The position numbers were made by a program, and so were the translations under genes. A stretch of 64,000 bases of DNA. Origin: Pseudomonadota bacterium (GTDB lineage: Bacteria; Chloroflexota; Ktedonobacteria; Ktedonobacterales; JADMIN01). The stretch covers positions 14,093 through 78,092 of the forward strand of contig JAJPIU010000026.1 in the NCBI GenBank assembly GCA_021324535.1. Direction: 5' to 3'. Positions 43,997-50,736 of this stretch are shown one piece after another. Position 1 is the stretch's first letter; the number at the start of each line of letters is the position of its first letter. A model generated the notes under the pieces. That model searched no databases. It was not told the DNA's origin and saw only the letters and a list, made by a program, of their open reading frames with translations.

Positions 43997-44032
43997 ACTG
44001 CACAACTACTCCTGCTCCCTTCAGGGAAGCGA

Positions 44033-44776
44033 TCAGGGCTGCTGTTGTCCTCCCTGGTTTCTCTGATTCGGCGTATTTTGTGGGTTGTTTGCGCGTGGGT
44101 GGAAGAACCAGGACAGTGGCGGGATGCTACGTAGCACCCCCAAGAAACTGCTCGCTTGTCGCACATTAACCGCATACTGATCCGCCGGAACGACTGCTTG
44201 CGGCGGGCGATCCCGGTAGAGCGCGCCAGTGATGGTCATCGCCAGCCCGATCCCGCCAAATGCGAGTGAGGGCACATCCAGGCGCTGGCGCAACACCGCC
44301 AGCGCCATCAGCGCGGCCACCGTCGAGCCGACAATGACCAGAAACCAGCGGATGGTCTCGACCTGTGTTATCATGTTCAGCCAGGTGAGCGAACGAGGTG
44401 TAACGATGGTGTTGCCGCCGATGCCCTGCGAGACCCCAAACGCCAGCATAATGACCCACAAGAACAGATACACAAGCCAGATGAGTATCACCTGCAACAC
44501 GCCAGGGAGGGAATCGAGCGAGCACAGCGCGCCAAACCTGCACGCATAGTGGTCAAAGTAGATTTCCAGTCCATAGCCCAGCGCGACAAATGGCGTGAGG
44601 GAAACCGCCGCCAGCAACGGCCAGCGCGGATACAAAAAGCCATGTCGCTGGAGAACTTGTTGGTTCGGTCTCGCAGGTTGCTGCTGTCGCTGTTGCTGCT
44701 GGTATTGCTGTTGTGCTTGTGCGCCAAAGCCGCCGGGCAAGGGCTGATTTGGAGGCTGTTGCATGCTTTCCCCCAT
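44033..44776 (-). CDS. polytopic membrane protein with Gln-rich N-terminus, operon gene 4
   Basis: Start ATG 44776 or 44764 (the latter has GGGGGA upstream). The N-terminus is QQPPNQPLPGGFGAQAQQQYQQQQRQQQPARPNQQ, followed by 4-5 hydrophobic helices. It lies 10 nt after the gene-3 stop. Confidence 0.7.
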   Translation of the reverse strand: MGESMQQPPNQPLPGGFGAQAQQQYQQQQRQQQPARPNQQVLQRHGFLYPRWPLLAAVSLTPFVALGYGLEIYFDHYACRFGALCSLDSLPGVLQVILIWLVYLFLWVIMLAFGVSQGIGGNTIVTPRSLTWLNMITQVETIRWFLVIVGSTVAALMALAVLRQRLDVPSLAFGGIGLAMTITGALYRDRPPQAVVPADQYAVNVRQASSFLGVLRSIPPLSWFFHPRANNPQNTPNQRNQGGQQQP

Positions 44777-44786
44777 TTCGTGATAA

Positions 44787-47660
44787 CTACTCGTGCCTCA
44801 GGAATGCGATTAGCGCCCACTCATCACTCTGGCTGAGCAGGCGAGTCGCGCCACCGGCCATTCCCAGCCGATCTATCGCGTGCAAATTGGCGGCATCAGC
44901 GCCAACGAATGCGAAATCGTGTCCCGGAGAGCCATACATTGGCGTCGCATGCTTGGCGACTTCCTCCCACATCTCGCGGGCGTTGGCGTTCTGCTGCGGA
45001 TCGAGCGCTGGGCCAATCGCGGCGACTTCCCGATCCAGATAGCACAGGAACGATTGGAGCCAAAACTGGTGGATTGCCTCTAAGAATTGGTCGTTGCTCA
45101 TCAAAAGCACGCCCCCTCCAGCGTGATGGAAATACTGGCGCAGGCGTTCGTTGATCTGCTGGTAGTTGGTGTGCCATCCCTCACGTGGCCGAGTAACTCG
45201 CCGGTTCGCAAATGTGGCATACACCGGTTCAAGCTCGTGTCCGCGTGGCAATGGCGGACGACGCAACTGTGCGCCGTTCGCGACGATAATGTCGTGAACA
45301 CCAACCGGGCCGTCGAACAGTTTCTCGCTGGTGGTGTGGGCGCGCTCGTCCGCTTCATCGCTTGCGCGTCGCAGCCGCTCCGCCCAATGTTCCAAGGTGT
45401 TGCGCATCTGGCGAATCGCGTAGCGCAGGCGTGTGATGACGGCGGCGCGAAGTTGACTCTCACGCTGGATGGACTGCGCCCGAATGCGAAGCGCCAGAAA
45501 CTCGACCTGATCACGTCGCGCTCTTTCAAGTTGTTTGAGTCCGACTTTGTAGTAGAAAGCGCTTCCCGCGCCCAATATGCCTACTGCCCCTGCAATTGAG
45601 AGGGCTGCGCCGATAGGCGTATTGGTCAACTCTGCCGGAAGTTCGACATTGGTCAGACTTGCCAGGGCTGGGACGCTTGCCACGGAAGCAGTCGCGAGCG
45701 TCGCCAATGACGGCAGATGCGTGCGATAATATCTCACGCGATTGGCCAGGCGCCTGCTGGTGCGCTCCAGATTCGCAAGACGTGGATCGACACGACGCGG
45801 CGTCTGGTTATTCCCCGATCCACCAGGCTGATTTCCCCCAGGTAGGGGAGACGCCGGATTCATACCTGGCGCAGGCGTAGCGCCAGGCGCATTTCCTGCG
45901 GCCTGTCCTTGGGCGGTGTTGGCTCCGCCTGGAGGAGCGCCCCGAACGGTCGGGCCGACAATTTGTTGTGCGCCATTCTGATCAACCACAGTCTGGTTGA
46001 CATTTTCCCAGCGTTGGTCGTTTGCCAATCGTTCAAATTCGGCAATGCGATATCTGATTTCGTCGTCCGCTTCTTTGCGCCAGTAGCTCGCAGTGTCACC
46101 AAGTTCGCCAATGGCGTCGTCGAGCGCCTGCACATAGGCGCGCGCCTCAACCCAGGAGTTGCGATCTCGCAGCAATAGCTCATTGGAGATCAAACCGATC
46201 TGCCGCCTGATCTCCGCCTCGGCCTGGCGCCATGCCTCCTGTGCGGCGGCGGCCCATAGTTCAAAGCGATCATTGGCAGTTTCAAACGCGACCTCCACTT
46301 GATCATGCCAGATAAGCTCAGGATCTATCCGGGGCGCGGCGCGCTGAAGTCGTCGCACGCGCTCCTGAATGACGCCGTAGTCGAGTATGCCCTGCATGCG
46401 CTTTTGCGCCACTTCTACTGCCTGAAGAGCATTGCGCGCCGCCTCTGGTAGACGCCGTGGATCGGGCCAGGGTTGCATGCCACTGAGCGGGACAGTCGCG
46501 GTGGGGCGGGTGGGAAAATGCTGCAACCAGGGGATGATGGTATGCTCCATCAACTGCAGGGCGGAGTGTTGGCGATCCCGCACATTGCGCATGGCTCCAT
46601 CCAGGTCCTGTGTTTGTTGCGCCCAATCTCTGAGCAACTCTGCAATGTCGTGTGAGGAGCAATAGAGTTCGGCCTGCGCGCGCGGAAAACGCACCATCGC
46701 TACCCCCAGCGTTCCATCCGATGTCTCTCGCCTCCCCATCGTTGCTTGTCCAGCAATCTGCTGAAATACTGGTGTCTCTGTTATGCCCGTCGCTATCAAC
46801 GCAAAAACCGCCTCCGCCATAAGATAGCGTATACGTGGCTCCTCGTATATACCACCGGTTTGCTGTGCTTGCGCAAAGAAGAGCTGAAGCACCCTCGGTG
46901 GCATGGGTGGCGCGCCAGGGGAAGCTGGGAGCGCCTGCACCCAGGCGTCATACAGGGCATCCTGCAACTGCGGGGTAATTGCCGGAGCCGTGGCGACTAA
47001 CGTGGCGGGGTTCATCCCCGGAAGAGCTTCCTGGCCTTGCAGTTGGCCTAGATTTGGATTGAATTGGTTCGGGGGAGCAGGATCGCTCAAGACATAGGTA
47101 ATCAGCGTGTCACCAGTTGCGCGCGCTCCAAGTGTGCTCAGGAAGGTCGCCAGCGTGGCTTGAACCTGAGACGACACAGACACCAAAAAAGGATCGGTGG
47201 CGCTCCCCACGACGATAATTTGTGCGCGTTGGGTCGGAACCATATACCCGGCAAGTTCGATGTTTTCCTTGACTTCACGAGCATTTTGCACTCGTATGAG
47301 CGCACGTCTCAGCGTATCATGTAGTGGTTCTTGTGCCCTGGCATTGCCAGCGTTGCCTGCATTGCCTGCATTGCCTGCATTGCCTGCATTGGCCGCATTC
47401 CCGCCTATATTCGCATGGCTCATTGCGCCAGCGTTCGCGATTCTGGCAGGCAATTCGCGAATCTGCGCCGATCCGCCAGTGGCGTCTACCTGAATCGCAA
47501 CGACGCCTTCGAGCAGGCGCACGTCGAGGTTGGCCATCAGGTCTTCGAATGAGCCTATGACATGATCTGCTTGATAGACGCGCCCGCTATGATCGCCCAA
47601 AAAGATGACGATGGTTGGGCGAAAGGACGGGGCTGGAAGTGGCGCTTGCGCGTGATTCAT
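44787..47660 (-). CDS. 957-aa divergent paralog of the tubulin-like protein lacking the GGGTGSG signature; hydrophobic hairpin; operon gene 3
   Basis: SD AAGGGG lies before ATG 47660. The N-terminus PTIVIFLGDHSGRV...VVAIQVDATGG parallels PAVVITLGTTSS...VAIVMIDTDIS of gene 2. AQIIVVGSATDPFLVSVSSQVQATL replaces AQVYVVSFLGGGTGSGIVSDIAVMI. A (GNA)n insert is present. The hydrophobic region LATLATASVASVPALASL...IGAALSIAGAVGILGAGSAFYY lies at about 45545-45725. Confidence 0.75.
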   Translation of the reverse strand: MNHAQAPLPAPSFRPTIVIFLGDHSGRVYQADHVIGSFEDLMANLDVRLLEGVVAIQVDATGGSAQIRELPARIANAGAMSHANIGGNAANAGNAGNAGNAGNAGNARAQEPLHDTLRRALIRVQNAREVKENIELAGYMVPTQRAQIIVVGSATDPFLVSVSSQVQATLATFLSTLGARATGDTLITYVLSDPAPPNQFNPNLGQLQGQEALPGMNPATLVATAPAITPQLQDALYDAWVQALPASPGAPPMPPRVLQLFFAQAQQTGGIYEEPRIRYLMAEAVFALIATGITETPVFQQIAGQATMGRRETSDGTLGVAMVRFPRAQAELYCSSHDIAELLRDWAQQTQDLDGAMRNVRDRQHSALQLMEHTIIPWLQHFPTRPTATVPLSGMQPWPDPRRLPEAARNALQAVEVAQKRMQGILDYGVIQERVRRLQRAAPRIDPELIWHDQVEVAFETANDRFELWAAAAQEAWRQAEAEIRRQIGLISNELLLRDRNSWVEARAYVQALDDAIGELGDTASYWRKEADDEIRYRIAEFERLANDQRWENVNQTVVDQNGAQQIVGPTVRGAPPGGANTAQGQAAGNAPGATPAPGMNPASPLPGGNQPGGSGNNQTPRRVDPRLANLERTSRRLANRVRYYRTHLPSLATLATASVASVPALASLTNVELPAELTNTPIGAALSIAGAVGILGAGSAFYYKVGLKQLERARRDQVEFLALRIRAQSIQRESQLRAAVITRLRYAIRQMRNTLEHWAERLRRASDEADERAHTTSEKLFDGPVGVHDIIVANGAQLRRPPLPRGHELEPVYATFANRRVTRPREGWHTNYQQINERLRQYFHHAGGGVLLMSNDQFLEAIHQFWLQSFLCYLDREVAAIGPALDPQQNANAREMWEEVAKHATPMYGSPGHDFAFVGADAANLHAIDRLGMAGGATRLLSQSDEWALIAFLRHE
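47341..47403 (-). repeat. imperfect 9-bp tandem repeat x7 (GCATTGCCT) encoding (GNA)n within gene 3
   Basis: gcattgcca gcgttgcct gcattgcct gcattgcct gcattgcct gcattggcc gcattcccg. The translated sequence is NIGGNAANAGNAGNAGNAGNAGNAR. Confidence 0.9.
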
Positions 47661-47704
47661 AGCAACCCCTTTGAATAACCTTGTATTTCTGGTGAATGAG
47701 AGTT

Positions 47705-50689
47705 CTAGAGATCAGACCCATTGGGGCCATAGCCACCCTGCGGCCCTGGCTGCGCCCAATTGGGAGAATTAGGCGCGTTTTGCGTATTAGGCGGAGGCGT
47801 GTTCTGGCGCGCAGCGCCTCCTGGCGGGAAATAGCCGCCCTGTGGCCCAGATTGTGGCCCAGATTGTGGCTGAAAGCCACCTGCTGGCCCTCGCGGCATG
47901 CCGGGTGGTGGCGCCCAGCCAGGCTCGTTTGCTCGCTGAAACTGTGGCCGGATGACACGTAAAACCACTGATGTGTTTCCACTGACATCTCTGCCAAAGA
48001 CCAGTCGCTCCATCTCGCCCGAGCTATGCACAGGCGCCTTATTCATGCCATAGCTGCCCGGTTGGCCATCACCATACCAGGCGTATTGGTGGCGTAAATA
48101 TTCGGCCATCGCACTGTTCGCGGAACTAAAAAAATCAGGAATGGTGCGAATGCTGATGCCATGTTGCGCATAGTTGACCTGCAGACGATGCGGATCGCTT
48201 TCGACGATGACACGCGCCTGCGGCACACGCTGCGTCAGTGGGACTGCCGCATTGAGCGCGCTCTCCAAGATGGGCCTTTGCCCCGCAGAGTCGCGCCAGT
48301 TCATGCCCAGGTAGAGGGTAGGCAACAGCGCGCTCGAGCCAGCCAGCCACAGCCCTGGCTCATACGTGACCAACTCCCCTAAAACGCCTTTGAGGTTCAC
48401 GATGTGTCGCTCGAGGTAAGGCTGTGATTTGCGTTGCGCTGCGCTCACCGCGATATTTTCTTCGGCGGCGATACCTAGTTCCAGGAGGTCGAAAAGATTC
48501 TTACGCTTCAGCCAGGCGTTATACATCATTTCGAAGTATTCCACCACCTTTTGCGGCACCTGCGCGGCGCGTTCTTGGGCGAGGTCTTGCTCGGTAGCTG
48601 CGCCGTCAGCGTCACGGCGGGCGGCATTGACAAAGGCAATGCACTCTGCAACCTTACTCCGTAGCGCGTTGGCGACATCAAAGGTATCCCGATGTGTACA
48701 ATCGCCCAGAGCCAGATTCTCATTGGCAGTTGTCGCCTCGCCTGGTGGGATGACGTCGGCGATGGCGATGTCCATATTGAGAATGCCAATCGTGGCGGCG
48801 CGGAAGACCCCTTCCATCGCAGGAATAAAGGCCAGACCTTGCGCCTTCGCTTTATCGGTGAACTTGCCCAGGTCAAAGAGATGACGTTGGTGTTGGTGGG
48901 GGCGCTCAAGCTTGCCAAGCCAGGCGGCGCGCGCATAGCCACGCTCGCGTAACTCTGCGGCGCGTTCCGAAGCACGCGCGCCCGCCAGCCAATCGCCTTC
49001 CGCCTGCAAAAGGCTCGCCACCTCAGCTATCAGTCGGTCGAACAACTGCGCGAGTTGTGTTGCGCGCGTGTGTTGGTAATTGGCTCGCTGAGTTGTGTTA
49101 TACGCTTCTGCGACGGCGGCAGGGATATCGCGCTTGAATATTCCTGGGATTTTGTCCTCAAGAAATGTAGGCAGCAGGCTATGGTCGAGTCCATGCTCCA
49201 GTTCAACCGGTCTTCCTGGCACGCCTTGTGTCAACTCCCGGCCAGCGCGCAGGCGATCACGTGCCTCTTGATACTCAGCAAGCAGCCGCTCATAATGGAG
49301 AATCTTGCGCCCTTGCATGCCCAATGGGATGTTGAGACCTAATTGCTGCGCTTCGGGAATGGTGCGAATGCGCGCCTCTTCGCGGTCGCCCGCGCGATTA
49401 ACCACCTGAACAATCTGCTGGTTCGTGTCGCCAAGTGATCGTTGCAGTTGTTGCCACAGATAGTCTCGCTGTCGCGGGGGGGCATCCTCAAACTCGCTCG
49501 CCTGATACTGGCGTGGCTGACTAATCGTCAGGTCGTTGGGAGCGGGTGTTCCCTGAACGACCGCCGCTATGCCTCTCCATTTGTTTACCCACTCATTGCG
49601 TTGAGCGTCGGATATTGGGAGTGAAGGAGGCCGCTGCCCGATGAACTCCGGAAGTCCCAGCATATATGAGGCGGCTATCTCGGCGAAGGCGCGCCGAGCC
49701 TCTTCGATGGGGAAACGCACCTCATACGGGCACGAAGCGCTAAAGTTGGTTGGCAGGTATTGATCATCGCTGCCCGCCAATACCGTGCGGTCGGGCGCTT
49801 CGGATCGCTCGATGTCGCCCACGCCAGAGGCGTCGGTGATGCGCTGGAAGAGGTCGAGTCCGACGATGCGCGCGTTCTCCTCAACACTATTGAGATTGGT
49901 GCGCCCCAACAGATAGATTTCATTGAAGATCGGCGCGTCTGGCACAAAGTATGAATGCGCCAGCAAATATTTCTCATATGGGCCGCTGACGCCACTGATG
50001 ATCTGCGTTGCCTGTCCATGCGCCATGATTTCGAGCAAAGCGGCGGTGGCGTTGCTCTTGCGCCAGCTTTCTGTGTTGGCGTTGACACCAGGCATGCTGT
50101 CGCCCGGCAAAATGCCGAAGAGCACCAGGCGCTGCTGGCGCTGTTCCCCGATCAACATCTGGCGAATCATCACGGCAATATCGGAGACAATGCCGCTGCC
50201 TGTGCCACCCCCCAGGAACGACACCACATAGACCTGCGCGCCCAGGGAACGCACCTCATTCTCTCGCCCGGTCAGTTGCGAAACAGACGCCAGCGCCGCA
50301 CGCAATTCCTTTTCCACTTTATCGCGGTCATAACACAGCGCGACATGCCCATTGTTGCGGATGCCACCAGCGCCATAATCAAAATATTGGGGCAACTTGG
50401 TGGGAATAAAGGTATGATTGGCGATAGCGCGTGGCAGTTCGTCGGTGTAGGTGGCCCCAGCGGGGACTGCGATCTGCGCCTTGTAGATGTGAAACGCGCC
50501 ACTGTGCTGATCAAGAAAATCCTGAAATCGTGGGCGTGATATGTCAGTATCAATCATCACAATCGCCACAGCGTCGCGGTCATCTTGCTCCAACCCCAGC
50601 AGGTGGTAGCACAGTTCATTTGCCGCTATCGAAGATGTGGTGCCCAGCGTGATGACGACCGCTGGCGTCCGAATCGCTTTGGATCGCAT
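47705..50689 (-). CDS. 994-aa tubulin/FtsZ-superfamily GTPase-like protein (Tubulin_2-type), operon gene 2
   Basis: SD GAAGGG lies before ATG 50689. The tubulin signature GGGTGSG is at aa 160-166 (nt 50192-50212, verified codon by codon). YGAGGIRNNG at aa 105-114 is T3-loop-like. About 700 aa of helical extension follow, then a P/G/Q/Y-rich tail (partly a 12-bp tandem repeat at 47841-47870). Confidence 0.8.
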   Translation of the reverse strand: MRSKAIRTPAVVITLGTTSSIAANELCYHLLGLEQDDRDAVAIVMIDTDISRPRFQDFLDQHSGAFHIYKAQIAVPAGATYTDELPRAIANHTFIPTKLPQYFDYGAGGIRNNGHVALCYDRDKVEKELRAALASVSQLTGRENEVRSLGAQVYVVSFLGGGTGSGIVSDIAVMIRQMLIGEQRQQRLVLFGILPGDSMPGVNANTESWRKSNATAALLEIMAHGQATQIISGVSGPYEKYLLAHSYFVPDAPIFNEIYLLGRTNLNSVEENARIVGLDLFQRITDASGVGDIERSEAPDRTVLAGSDDQYLPTNFSASCPYEVRFPIEEARRAFAEIAASYMLGLPEFIGQRPPSLPISDAQRNEWVNKWRGIAAVVQGTPAPNDLTISQPRQYQASEFEDAPPRQRDYLWQQLQRSLGDTNQQIVQVVNRAGDREEARIRTIPEAQQLGLNIPLGMQGRKILHYERLLAEYQEARDRLRAGRELTQGVPGRPVELEHGLDHSLLPTFLEDKIPGIFKRDIPAAVAEAYNTTQRANYQHTRATQLAQLFDRLIAEVASLLQAEGDWLAGARASERAAELRERGYARAAWLGKLERPHQHQRHLFDLGKFTDKAKAQGLAFIPAMEGVFRAATIGILNMDIAIADVIPPGEATTANENLALGDCTHRDTFDVANALRSKVAECIAFVNAARRDADGAATEQDLAQERAAQVPQKVVEYFEMMYNAWLKRKNLFDLLELGIAAEENIAVSAAQRKSQPYLERHIVNLKGVLGELVTYEPGLWLAGSSALLPTLYLGMNWRDSAGQRPILESALNAAVPLTQRVPQARVIVESDPHRLQVNYAQHGISIRTIPDFFSSANSAMAEYLRHQYAWYGDGQPGSYGMNKAPVHSSGEMERLVFGRDVSGNTSVVLRVIRPQFQRANEPGWAPPPGMPRGPAGGFQPQSGPQSGPQGGYFPPGGAARQNTPPPNTQNAPNSPNWAQPGPQGGYGPNGSDL

Positions 50690-50736
50690 CGTTCAACCCT
50701 TCTATTTTCCAGTGTGTCCACTCGTTGACAGGTCAT

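Noticed and set aside
43961-47403. Short tandem repeats considered as CRISPR arrays or minisatellite-type mobile elements.
   Set aside because: The units are 8-13 bp and directly adjacent with no spacers. There are no cas genes, no terminal inverted repeats, and no transposase in the window.
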